Below are positions 25,621-37,900 of a stretch of 64,000 nt of DNA, in pieces. Source of the stretch: Guillardia theta CCMP2712 (taxonomy: Eukaryota > Protista > Cryptophyta); assembly GCF_000315625.1 (NCBI RefSeq), contig NW_005434555.1, forward strand, positions 94,106 to 158,105. Direction: 5' to 3'. Numbering within the stretch: position 1 is the first letter of the stretch; each line of letters starts with the position of its first letter. The notes under the pieces were generated by a model. It did no database searches, was not told where the DNA came from, and saw only the letters and a list, made by a program, of their open reading frames with translations. A program made the position numbers and the translations under genes.

Positions 25621-26146
25621 GCCCTCGACCTGCTACCTACTCGGCACAGACGTCACCCTGCATGTCGCGAATGTGTTCCTCCTTCCTCCCGCCGCCATTT
25701 TGTTGAGTCCATGACTTCCAACCTTGCACATGGGAAGTCCGCCTCAGCCGGCCCCGGGTCAACGCCGCCGACTGAGCGGCCCGGCGGCCGGGGGCCCCGC
25801 CGCCGCTCAGTACGGTGCCGCAGTGCCCCGGTCAGGCTGCGGCCGGGCGGAGGCTCCGACGCGGGGGTCGTCCGATCATCATACTGGTACTTTCAATGCC
25901 AAAATAACCTGATAATAACATTGTCTACAGAGATTCCTCAGGCTCTAGAGTTGCGATCAAGCCCCTGTCCTCCTCGTCGACCTTGAGCATGTTGACGTAG
26001 AAGCACATTGGGTCCTCCTACAGGATCAAGTCAAAGTGACGGAGTTTCTGCCCTCAAACTTGAATCCCTCCCCATAAACTTCAAATTCACTTCTCAGGTT
26101 CAAACGGAACCTCTCAACCTAAATCGCATGCAATTTCCTCACCTCA

Positions 26147-26594
26147 TCAGATCCGTCTCGGAAAACCTTGAAACTCTTCGTCACTCTCTCCCTCCTCCTC
26201 ACACCACAAGCCCCTCACCTTCACACTCTGAAATAGTCCTGCCGGAGAAGCGACAAAATGGCGAGAGAAGTAGCAGATTCTGCATCCAGCACGGCTCAGA
26301 TTCCACCATGGGTCGTCATGGCACATCTCATACCCAGTCGACGAGTGCAGATAGAAGATTCTCAACAACAACGAGTCTTTCCCGACGTTGTTCACCACAT
26401 ACCCGTAAACCTTCGTGTCTGCAAGGTTCTCGTCATCCCATAGAAGCTTCTTCCCTTCATGACTTACTTCCTCCGCTGAGTTCCATTTCTTCCCCGTTCA
26501 GCGCCATCTTCATGACTCGTTTCCAGTTCGACTTGAACCCCCCAACAAGCTTCCCCACAAACAACTCCCGTGAGTCACCATTATCTCCTCCTCC

Positions 26595-26628
<34 letters not shown>

Positions 26629-27901
26629 ACCTGTGGCAGCCTCATCCGAACGTAGTAGTTGGCGAAGATGTTATTCTCTTCGTCTATTCCCAGGGACAAA
26701 TGCGTTTCTGTCAGCCTTGCCATGTATACAGCGAAAGCCCTTCCTGTACGCATCAACATCACTAGCAAACAAAACAACCCCCTCCATTCCTATGCATCAA
26801 CCAATTGCATAACAGCACAGTGAAGACTGCGACTTGAATTCTATTTCATTGATCTCCTCTTCTCCCTCCCTCCCTTACCCAGGCTCTCTATGCTTCCTCG
26901 TATCCTCTCCATGATGCTCTGTGACGCGTGATCCGTCGACAACGCCTTCAGGGCCTCCGACATGAAGCCTCTACAGAACTCTCTCCGTCAGCACTCCTCC
27001 TCATCCCCTCCTCATCCCCTCCTCTCTCCTTTTTTTTGCTCTCACCGGCTCTCTGATACCAGCCCCCTCAGCGCCTGGTCGATGTCGTACGCACACGCGT
27101 TCGACGTCCCCGGGTCTCTCCGTACTACCATGCAGAACTTCCCCGCAATATCTCCTGGCCACTCGTGCCTCACCTCCGCCTCCTCCTGTGCCTCCAGTAC
27201 GAACACGCCTTCCCCCATGCACGACACATGCGCCGGTATCACCCGACACCTGATCACGTTCAAGCACACCATCCCCTCCCTCGAGAACGTCCGCAGGTCT
27301 ACGAAGAAGGGCCCCACCCCCTTCCCCAGCATCACCGCCTGCCCAGCCGCTCGTAGCACGTCCAGGCTCTCGTTCTCGACCAGATGGAGGAAGCACTGTC
27401 CTTCCTGCTCCAACAACCATGTTTCTCGTCAGACATCTACTCACCCTCTTGCCTTCTCCTCCCCTCCTCGCCCTCCCCTTCCTTCCCTCTTACCAGCCTC
27501 CGTAGCGGCGATCGGACGTAGTACTCCTTAAGCCCCACGCTCCCGCACTTGATCCTCCAGCTCGGTAGCTCCACCGACACGATCCTCTCCCTCCGGCTCG
27601 ACATGACCCTCGCCGTCGCTTCCTCTAGCGACACGCCGGGCTTTCGCTCCTTCCTGCTCGCCCGAGACGACGCCGGCATGGCCCGCAAGTGCGTCACCAG
27701 GTCCTCCAGCAGGTGCAGCAGCGTCCTCCGAGACGGCAAGCTCCCCCTCAGCTCGCCCAAGCTCCTCTCCATCTGGGGTATGAGGGGGTCGAGAATGTCG
27801 AGGAGCTTCTTGGTTTGCTCGCGGGTGACCAGAGCGTTCTGCTTGTCCCTGGCTTTCTTGCGGTTGAGATCCCTTCCTCTTGCAAGTTGATTTTTTGGCA
27901 T
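26147..27901 (-). CDS. Putative bHLH(-PAS-like) transcription factor (multi-exon; 3' end uncertain)
   Basis: N-terminal basic region RKKARDKQNALVTREQTKKLLDILDPLIP...RRTLLHLLEDLVTHLRAM fits basic-helix1(LxxLIP)-loop-helix2. Downstream EGQCFLHLVENESLDVL resembles a PAS core. Confidence 0.5.
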
Positions 27902-28308
27902 GTTTGCTGTCAAGGAAATGTCATGCCCCGTCTTTGTTCTGTTTCAACATCGGCAGTTTGATTGTGATTGCTATATTTGAGACCAGCATTCCATATCAAA
28001 AGGGCCTGCAAGTTGAAAACAGTTAAGAGTGCAGCAAGTAATATAAAGTTACAACTAGAAATTGTCCTGCCACTGGTTACTCCCTGCTCATCTATCCAGA
28101 TTTTCATGTTTTGCTAAGATATGCTACTCTTTCCTCTCTCCTTTGAATCCTTTACCATTGATACCTCACCATCCTATCTATCCCATTCCAGCCTTTTCCC
28201 CATCCATTTTCCCCATCCATTTCCCCCATCCATTTTCCCCATCCATTTTCCCCACCCCTCCTCGTTGGCAAAAATATTTGTACCCACCTTTTTTGAGTAA
28301 ATCTTTAC

Positions 28309-28539
28309 CGCCTCAGCTCCTTCCGATCCTCCCCCCTCAGCTCCTTCCGATCCTCCCCCCTCAGCTCCTTCCGATCCTCCCCCCTCAGCTCCTTCCGATC
28401 CTCCCGCCTCAGCTCCTTCCGATCCTCCCGCCTCAGCTCCTTCCGATCCTCCCGCCTCAGCTTCTTCCGATCCTCCCGCCTCAGCTCCTTCCGATCCTCC
28501 CGCCTCAGCTCCTTCCGATCCTCCCCCCTCAGCTCCTTC
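28309..28539. repeat. 24-bp tandem repeat, about 9.5 copies
   Basis: CCTCAGCTCCTTCCGATCCTCCC(C/G) repeated; the minus strand reads (EDRKELRR/G)n. Confidence 0.95.
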
Positions 28540-29241
28540 CTCCGGGCCCTCTCCTGCCCCTCAGCGTCCTGCTTCGTGTCCATCCCTGCACCTGTTTCTT
28601 CCTCCGGGCCTGCCCCTGGCCTGCGGCCCCCTCAGTCCTGTCCTTGACAACACTTGGCAACCAGCTCCTTCGCTCCTCTTCCGCTCCTCCTCCGTTCCTC
28701 TTCCGCAAATCATTTATGCTCTCTGCCTGGTATTTGTCTCCCTCCTGTGCTCTCTCCGCTCCTCCCTCTTCCATGCATGGAGCACTTCGTTCTTTGCATC
28801 CAGACGTGTAATGGGTCCAGCTTGCTTCGTTTGGAGAGGTCGCAGGAGAAAACGAAAATGGATGGATAGTGACGAGGCCGGATAGAATCCTACTATATTC
28901 TACTCTCTACCCTCACATCTCACTTGAATCCTCTGTTTTCCCATATCGACAGAAATTAGCACAACGTTTTAGCGTAAGAGGAGCGAAATATGTTTACATG
29001 AGAAAGATAAGATACAAAAATGAAGTTTCCTCGAGCATGTGTTCACCACAAAATCCGAACTGACATTTCATAACCAGTCTGTGTGTTTGTATGACAGCTG
29101 AAGTTTCTGGACAGCTCAAAGGACTTGTTATGGTCTTCGAATCGTGTTGTCATCTCTTTCGAGTTCATTCACATTAGTTAGTACGATTGGTTTACATCCT
29201 CCCGCCTCGTCAGACTCTTGTCTGTTGTTTTGTCATCCATT

Positions 29242-32200
29242 TCAATTCTCCTCCTCAGTATCCTCAGGGCTGATCCGATGCAGCAAACGTTTAAGCTGAG
29301 CACGCGTCAATCGATGGAGAAAAGCGTATCAAGAGGAGGGAGGGAGAGGTGGGGGAGAAGGAGGAAGGGAGGGGAAGGAGAGAGAAAGAGAGGTGGGGAG
29401 GAGTTGGAGGAGAGAGGGAGGGGTGGGGAGGAGTTGGAGGAGAGAGGGGAGGGAGGCAGGGAAGGGATGAGGAGGAGACTCACTGAATCAAGGTTTTGCG
29501 GGCTGTCGATGTACATGTGTAGAACCGCACGGACATGAGCGAGGATGGCGTCAAGAGAAGCACACTCCTCCTCTGAGCGCTGTAGGGACCAGTCAGAAAG
29601 GACTTCCTCCTCCTCCTCCTCCTCCTACCTGCAAGTTGTGACGAAGGGCAGCGAGCTTCTTCTCTGCCTTCTCTCGCATCCTCTCCTCCGCTGCTTCAGC
29701 CTGCATGCCAGTCTCATCCAAAGTTCCACTCCTCCTCCTCCTCCTCTTACCTGACCCCGTCGGATGTTGCTATCTTCCAGCTCAGCTCGCAAGCTATCTC
29801 GCTCAGGGCGCAGCTTCTCGTTCTCCTCCTGTAGTTTCTGACGCTCCTCCGACACTGTGGCCAGTTGCATGCTCGAGCTCTCCGCCTCCGTCCTCAGCGC
29901 CTCCGCCTCCTCCTTCAGCTGCATCCACTCCCTGCTCTTCGCCTCGACCTCCTCCTCCAAGTCCTTCTGAGACTTCTCCAGCGCATCGATGGTCTTCATG
30001 CACTCCTCCTGCGTCCTCCTGAGCTCTGTCACCTCTTCCTGCAGCAGCGACGCCCGAGCCTCGCTGTCCTGCAGCTGCTGCGACCTCCTCTCCTCCTCCT
30101 CCAGCAGCTTTGCCACCTGCTCCTTCAGCTCGTCACGGCGCGAGGAGAAGCTCGTCAGGAGGCTCTCGACGGAGCAGGCGAGCCCGACGAGCAGGGCGCG
30201 AAGTTCGTGGGACGTCTTCGTCTCCGCCAGCTGTTGCTCGTACGAGTCTTCCCGCCAGTGCTGCCGCAGCTCGGGGTCGATCATGTCCGTCTCCTCCTCC
30301 TCTCCCGCAACCTCCACAGCCACACGCGTCAGCCGCACGATGCCGCATGCTGCCGCCATCTTCGCCGCCATCTCCTTCCTCTCAGCCTCCTCCACCTGCT
30401 CCTGCGCTGCCTCCACCTGCTCCTGCGCCTGCGCCAGCGACTTGGTGAGCTCGTCGAGCGCCTCCTGTGTCGCGCTCCTCTCGGAGTCGTTGAATGCCTC
30501 TGCATCCTCCATCGCTGTCTGCAGCTTCTTGAGCTCGGCCTCCTGCTTGGCCGCCTCCTCCTCTAGCTCCCTGCACCGATCCTCCTTCGCCTGCATCGCT
30601 GCCATGGTGTCGCTGAACACAAGGTCGTTCTGCTTCGTCGCCTCCTCCAGCTCTATCACCCTCGCTCTCAGCTCCCCCAGCTCCGTCTCTTTCTTTTCCA
30701 GCTGAGCCAGGGCTGCCTCCGCCTCCACCTTGTCCAGGGTCGCCGCCAGGGCCTGCTGGACCTCCTGCTGGGCCGCGCGAGCCTCCAGCTCCTCGACCGA
30801 CTGAGCCAGCCCGTCTCTCTCCTCCTCCGCCGCCGTCAGCATCATTTTCAGCTCCTCCTCGCGCTCTGCTGCTTCCTCGCGCAGCCTGGAGAGCTCCTCC
30901 TTCATCTCAGCCGCGTGCTTCTCTCGAAGCTTTTCTTCAACCTCCTCCATCTCCGCACGGAACTGCGTCACGATCAGCCCCACTCCTCGTCCCTCCTTCC
31001 CCTCCCCTCCCTTACCTTTGCGATCATCTTCTGCTCGTTCTCTTCCAGCTGCTGCGCGTACTCGCCCTGCGCTTGCAGCTCCTCGACCAGCTCGAGGTAC
31101 TTGTCATGCAGCTGGGTTGCAGGTCAGCAACAGCTGGGAGGGTGCGGGGCTCGCATCACCTCCTTCCTCTCCTCAAGAGCTCGGGTCTTCATCCTCACGA
31201 GCTTCGTCATGTCCCTCTGCATCCTCCTCGTCTGTCGCGACCACTTCGCCACTTTTGCCTCCTGCTCATCGAACCCTCGTCATCTCCTCCATCCTTCTTC
31301 CTCCGCCTCCTCCTTCACACACCGCCTCAAGCTTGATGGCCTTTGCCTGCTCGACAATCTCGAGCATGTCCCGGGAGTTCACCTCCAGCTGGTCGACCTG
31401 CTGGGCTTGCAGGGTTCGCATCTCCACCACTTGCCGTGCGTAGGTGACCCACTTGCTCACAAGCGTCTCGAGCTGCAAGTGAAGTCAAGAGGTAGTGGAG
31501 GGAGGGAGAGTGGAAGTAGAGGAGGAGAGGGAGGAGAGGAAGGAGGAGGAGAGGGAGAAGAGGGAGGAGGAGGACCTGGGAGGCCTTCTGTACGGCTTCT
31601 TTGTATCGCTCCTCGTAGTCTCCAGCCTTGAACTTGTCGCTCATCTCTTGCATCTCCTTCTTGTGCCGCTTGTACATGATCCGCATGTCGTTCTCAGCAT
31701 TCTGCCGTTGAACGATCAGCAAAGAAAGAGGAGGAGAGGAGAGGAGGGGGAGGAGCTTCACCTTGGTGGCTAGGATCTGCTCGTCAAGTTGCTTCTTGAG
31801 TGACGCCATGGAGTTCTCGTGCAGTCGCTTCACCTCCTCAGCTTCGCTCAGGTGCTGCTTGGCGGCTTCAAGCTCCTGCTGTACAGCCATCCCTGCTGCA
31901 TGCCCAGCTTCCTCCAGGTTTTTGACCTGAGGGATCCAGAGAATCAAATGGACGGCCCCTCCTCCTCCTCCTCCTCCTCCTCCTCAATAAGTCCTTCCTC
32001 CGTTCTCTCGCCCTCTGCCTTCTCCCGATCATCCTCTTACCTGCTGCTTCATAGAATCATTCTCAAGCTGCAGGGCTCGTAGCTCCTTGGACAGCAACTC
32101 GAGCTTGTCCGAGAGCGCGTCGCTCCTGCGCCTCTCCTCGTCCAAGTCCTTGATCCTCTCCTGCAGCGCGATCTCGCAGCTTTGCGCGTACTCTTGCTTG

Positions 32201-33307
32201 ACGAGTCAGAGTGGAAAGAACCATCAACGCTTCTCACCTTTCCTCTCCTCCCGCTCTCGCTTGCTGGCATCCAGCTCCTGTCGAAGAAGGTCGTTCCTGA
32301 TGATCAGGCTCTCTGCTCTCTCCTGCAGAGCCGAGGGAGACAGCTGCTCTATCTCTGCTATCACTCTGCTGGGTGTCTTGTGGAGGTTGCGGCCTACAAC
32401 TCGTTCAACAACAAGAAAGTCAAGTGCAGGGGGGAGAAAGATACATGGTTCCAAAGCAGGAGGGAAGGTGCAAAGAGAAGAATGGAAGAGAGGAGGAGAA
32501 ATTCTCACCAGGGGTGCGGGAAGGAGTCTTGAAGACGGAGAAATTCTCGGTGCTCCTGTTGTCCACGCAGCCGCCTTGGTTCCAGTTGCTGGCCCAGAGT
32601 TTCTTGACAATCTCCTCCAACTTCACGATCTCTTCCATGGACTTGTGGACTGCAAACTCGATCCTCTCATTCTCGAGCCTGGAGGACGACTCTGCTGGGC
32701 CAGAGCTCGCCGGCCTTGCCAGCCCTCTTGACTCTCCTTCAAGCAGCTCCAGCTTCTCCAACAGCTGGTTGTATTCGGACTTGAGCTCTAGGTATTCACT
32801 CTCCTGACGGTTCAAGAGCTCGCTCTGGGCCTTCACTTTGGCACGGAGATCGTCACGATCAGCTTGAGAATCTCTCAGCTCCTGTTGCATCGCATTCATC
32901 CGATTCTCCTTCTCCTGCATCGTTGACTTTTGCTCCTCAAGCTGAGCCGTCACCTGCTTCAACATGGTGCACTTCCTCTCGTAAGTCTTGAACAGCTCAG
33001 ATCCCTCTGTCTGCAGGCTCTCATACGAGTTCTTCCACTCTGATGACTCCTCTGCTGTGTTGATCAGCTCGACCTTGAGCTGCTTGTTGTGCTCATGAAG
33101 CTCGTCATATGCTTTCCTCAGCTCCTCGTAATCATCCAGAACTTCATTCAGCTTGTTTGACAGGAACTCCTTCTCAGAGCTCATATCCTCTAACTTCTTA
33201 GTGACACTCTCGTCTTCTTTCGCATGGTTGCTGCGCTTTGCTATCGGTTCGCTCGCCGGTTTGTTGTGGTCGAGTGCTTGAAGAGCAGGTCGCACGTTCT
33301 CGCTCAT
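29242..33307 (-). CDS. Long coiled-coil protein (multi-exon)
   Basis: E/K/Q/A/L-rich heptad ORFs 32420-33307, 31327-31947 and 29625-30983 joined by GT-AG introns; ends ...PQNLDS|LKRLLHRISPEDTEEEN*. Confidence 0.8.
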
Positions 33308-33479
33308 GCTGTCCTAGAGCACAGTTCACTGTGCAAGGATGATGATGAAGGTGCTTCAAGGAGGACAGGGGGAACTCAAGGCAGCAGCTAAGGGCGGCGA
33401 GCAGCGACAACAGACAAGCGCGAAGACGACTAGGGGGCGATTGGGCAAGGAAGGGAACACGCGGACCCTGAGGCACAAA

Positions 33480-33760
33480 ACTGGGGGTAGGGTAGTCTGC
33501 ATCGGTACCCAGATTGAGATAACCCTACCTATAAAAGACCTTACCATGTCATATGAAAGTAGGGGTTAGTTCAAACCCACCAGGTTCGAATAAGGGTAGG
33601 GTAGGCTCAAACAGAGGGGTAGGTCTCCTGAGGCGTGTTAATAAATGCCGTTCGAATTTTGAAAAACCGTAAATCGGTTCAAATCGATTTCTGATCGATT
33701 TAATTCCACGAGCCCACATCGATTCAAATCATTCACAAGAATCGATTTGAATCGAGTTGC
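33480..33760. promoter_or_regulatory. Bidirectional promoter region with GGG(G)TAG cluster and TT(C/T)GAA/TTCAAA cluster
   Basis: Lies between divergent starts at 33307 (-) and 33791 (+). Seven TTCAAA/TTCGAA/TTTGAA hexamers occur in 33570-33751. Confidence 0.45.
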
Positions 33761-33790
33761 GCAACAAACTCCAGGATCTTTCTCTATGCC

Positions 33791-34769
33791 ATGCTCGCGG
33801 TCCGAGCAGTGCGAGGAGGAGGGGGAGGAGAAGTACGGCGCTTCTGCTGCTCTTTCCCTGCTCTAAGAGATGTAAGAATGGTCGACTCAAGTCCTCTGGG
33901 CAGAGGCCTGTGCTCCTCGTCTCAGAGCCACGTCTTCACATGTAATGCTGTAGTTGCGCCTGTTTTGTCGGGTACATTTACTGACCCTGTTTGACCGCTG
34001 TAGCCACATGCCCGTACCGCATACTTGGCGTGAACAACACGGCGGAGCTATCTGAGATCAAGAGCGCATACCTCTCGCAGGTTCCAGCTCTTCTCTCTTC
34101 TCTCGTAACGATGCTCAGGGCCCTGTTGCAGGTGAGGAAAGTACATCCAGACATGAATCAAGATGACCCGCAGGCTTGCATGAAGTTCGCCAAGGTAAAC
34201 TTGCTATGAAATGGCCCAACAACTAGGAGCGATGCGATGAGAGCGCTCATGACGACACCGTAGGTCCACTCCGCGTACGAGCTTCTCAACAACCAAGAGA
34301 AAAGTGAGCTCGGACGGTTGTTGCCGCTCTCCGACGCCACTGATGCATGTCAGGGCTGAGATACGATCACGGACTCATCGACGTTCATGGTGATCCTCTT
34401 GCCTCCTCCTGAGCTCTCCTCCTCTGACGCGAGCAGGACGGGATGTGCCGCAGGCCTTGAACCCCGACAACGTCCAAGAGATGCTGTGGCGGCAGGTGCG
34501 GCCCTCCCTCCCATGAGCAGCGAACCGGTGACGAGAGAGCTCAGGTCATGTGGGAAGGACGAGGAAGCATCAAGGAGTTCGGTAGCTGCCATCCTGCTTG
34601 TTGATCGAGTGACGGAGGTTGGGCAGGGATGGTTCTGCTGTTCCTGACTGTCGTCGTGGGGATCGATGAATTGTCAAGGACGGACTTGCGCTCGGCTGTG
34701 AGCGCCAACGATGATAGCGAAGCGTCGGAGGTGGCAGGAATGTCGAGGAGCGAGCCAGAGTTTGTATAG
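33791..34769 (+). CDS. J-domain (DnaJ) protein, probably mitochondrial
   Basis: CPYRILGVNNTAELSEIKSAYLSQ|VRKVHPDMNQDDPQACMKFAK|VHSAYELLNNQEK|..YDH with the HPD motif; Arg-rich N-terminal presequence. Confidence 0.88.
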
Positions 34770-34919
34770 TTCATGTAGTGTACACGCCTGTTCATAAATC
34801 TCCTTGCAATCAGGAGGAATGCCACCCCCCAGCCCCCTCCTCCCCCGCTCCCTTGTCTCCCATGGCTGCATATTCCTCCTCCCCCCTCTCTAGCTCTGCT
34901 GCTCCTTGCTCCGCTCCTC

Positions 34920-37900
34920 TCACAAGGAAGGGCCTCCCTTAGAAGGCCATAGAGGACCCGGACGAAGCGCAGCGTTAGCCCATCGCGTCCGCACAACGTG
35001 GAGGATGGGTGGGATCGCCTATCAGCCGATAAGTTTTCCCCCTTTCTTCCTCTCCATCACACGTCCTGCAGCCCCCAACCCCTCCCCCTCCTACTCACCT
35101 GCGATGCTTGCGGTCGCCAACGATCGCTGCTATCGATGTGCGACTGCGGTAAAAGGCGTTAACCTGAACAAGGACCCTGCGAGGGGGAGGGAAGAGAAAC
35201 CTTGATCTGCATGGGCAGACGACCGTACTCGAGCCAAAGGCACCTGATGTGCCAAGTCACGGCAAGCAGGGAGCAACACGGATCAACCTTCCGCTGACTT
35301 CCAGGGGCTGCTGACAAACTTTGCATATGACTGAATCTGTGAAAAGCGGATCCAGTGAGGGGGGTGGGGAGGAGACAGTGTGTCTTGAGGAGAAGGTTTA
35401 GAATGAGGAGAAAGACAAGGAAGCGGTCGTGGTAGTGGAGGGGAGGAGGATGCGAGAGTGGACGAAGAGGGATATGACGAGGACATGAACAGGGGGAAGC
35501 GGAGGAGTTGGTTTAGGAGGGGAGGTGGAGGAGGAAAAGCTCACCAGGATCGTTGACTGCGCACAGACAGCTGGCTTGAAAGTTAGCGATGTCTTCCAGC
35601 AAGGGGGATGAGCTCACTTAAAGTAGTCTTGCTCAGACATGGAGCTCTGCGAGCAGCGGAGGGAGCAGCCTCGGCATCGCCATTTCTCGTCTTCACTCTG
35701 CCTCACAAGCTCACACAGCAGCCACTGGAACAGCCTTACTAGTTGCCTGCCGCACGGTAGAGAGGGGAAGGTAGTGCGCGTCATCAGCTACACGCCTGCA
35801 GGCTCAACTTGACGAGCAGCAAGGGGCACCTCTCCTCCCTCACCTGCTGACGATCTGTGGGAGCATCCCTGGAGCTTTGAAAAGTTTGAGACAGCAGCAG
35901 ACCAAGGAGAGGAGAGACGAAGACAACAAAAGAGGTAACTACGAGGAGGAGGAGGAGGAGGAGGAGGAGGAGAAAGTACCTATCCTAATCACATGCTTGT
36001 CCGTAGGGACGATTATGTCAGGAAGATGTTTCTTGCTGTCATAGTACATCGCAGAGAAGAGAACATTGGCCTCCGTCTGTCAACCGCCTGTGAGAATCTC
36101 CCTCCCCATCTTCCACCCTCCCCCTCCTCATTCCTCAACCCCCCTCCAGCCTTTTTCCCTCCTAATCGTCTCCCTCTCCGTCCCCTCCTCCTCTTGATCC
36201 CTCTCCACTCCAGCCCCTCTCAGTCCTCCTCGCCCCTGTGTTCCTCCTCACCCTTGCTCCTCTTCCTCCAGCTCCTCCTCATCCCCTTACCTGCGGGTCC
36301 AGAGCTATCTCGAACTCGGTGGAGTGGCCGTCCGAGAACTCCCTCTTGTTCGTTACATGGAAACCTCCTTTTACCTGCAGCGAGATCAGAGCCCTGAGGC
36401 GGAATGGTTCAGTCCCACCTCGACCGTCTCCAGCGAAGGAGGGATCGGATACTGCCAAGTCGCTCAGTGCAGATGGGAGGAGGGGATAGAGAAGGGAGGA
36501 GGGCAGAGAGGGGGGAGATGGGTGGGAGCAGGGAGATCGGAGGAGGGAGAAAGGAGGAATCAGAGGGAGGAGGCAAATCAGGGTGAGGGAGGAAGGAGAA
36601 TGGAGAGGCAGCAGGGAGACGCGGGGAGGGAGAACGAGGACGGAGGGAGAACGAGGAAGACGGGAGAAGTGAGGGGGGAGACGGGGAGAGGAGGAGGAGG
36701 AAGAGGGAAGGAGGGAGGAGGGAGAGGAAGGATGATGAGCACCATGGGGACGGCGGAGCAGCACAAGAGGAGCTCAAAGTTATCCGTAAGCTCACTGATG
36801 TCCTTGCCCAACGGTCTCCACTCGCCTGATGGGTCAAACGTCAAACTTGCCTTGCTGGGAAAAGATACAAACTCACTGCTCGGGTTTCTCCTCCAGTGAA
36901 CAGACTGCACAGTGTCCTCGTTGCCGATCATAAACTGAAGGGTCTGCAACGTGTCAACTCTCCTTCTCGCTCCTCTTCCACTCCTCGTCCTCCTCATCTA
37001 TCGCCCTCACCTTCACCATGTCGGAGGTGTCATGAGCACGCAGCAATCTTGGCCCAGCGTTGATCAGGTCCAGCCCGTTGGGTCCGCTCTTGGACGTCTG
37101 AATCAGCACAGAGCCGACCTTGACCTCGCGCTTGTCAAACAGCTCGCCTTGTCCCCAAGGTACCTGGTCACACATGCTCACTATCCAAGCTTCCTCCTCC
37201 TGTCCACTTCTCACATCGATCTCCTTCGGTACACCCTCTGGCGTAGAAGAGTGATCCAAGCTCCACTTTCTGAAGCACAGTCAACCACAACCCGCCTCAC
37301 TGCCAGGCTGTCGGCAGACACAAGTTACCTCCTCGAGTCCATATCGTCGATTGGGTTTCCATCCTGATCGAAGCTGAAAGACATGAAGAGCTTCGACAGC
37401 CTTGGGCCCTGCGGCAGACATTACGCGCTTCCATGCTGATAAAACTTGCGTACAGAAGGAGGAAGTCCATTGTAGTGCTCCAACACAAACTCTCCTGCCA
37501 TCCCTCCTGTTCTCCGTCGTCAATCTCTGACATCTCTTGACTTCTGCCAACACTCACCGCTAGGGACTCTCCTGTGTTTCCTTATCTTCACGCTGTCCTG
37601 GTCCTCCTTTTGGGAGGGCTCAGGCAAGCGCAGCAGCCCCTTGCTTCTCGCTATGAGCACGGTGTAGTGACTCCCACCATGAACGACCCAGATAGGAACC
37701 TGAGAGAAGCAGTGAGAACGAGCAGCAGCTTGCAATGGCATGCTCACCTTCGGGGTCTTGTAGTTCGTGCCCACGACGGAGTGATCCTTCCAGTTTGCCG
37801 GGGAACTGAGAGGCTTCGAGTTCTCGGTGTAGGTCAGGAAGCCGATCATACTCTTTGCCTTGGGCTCAAGATCAGGGGTGGCGTGTCCAATGAGCAGGAG

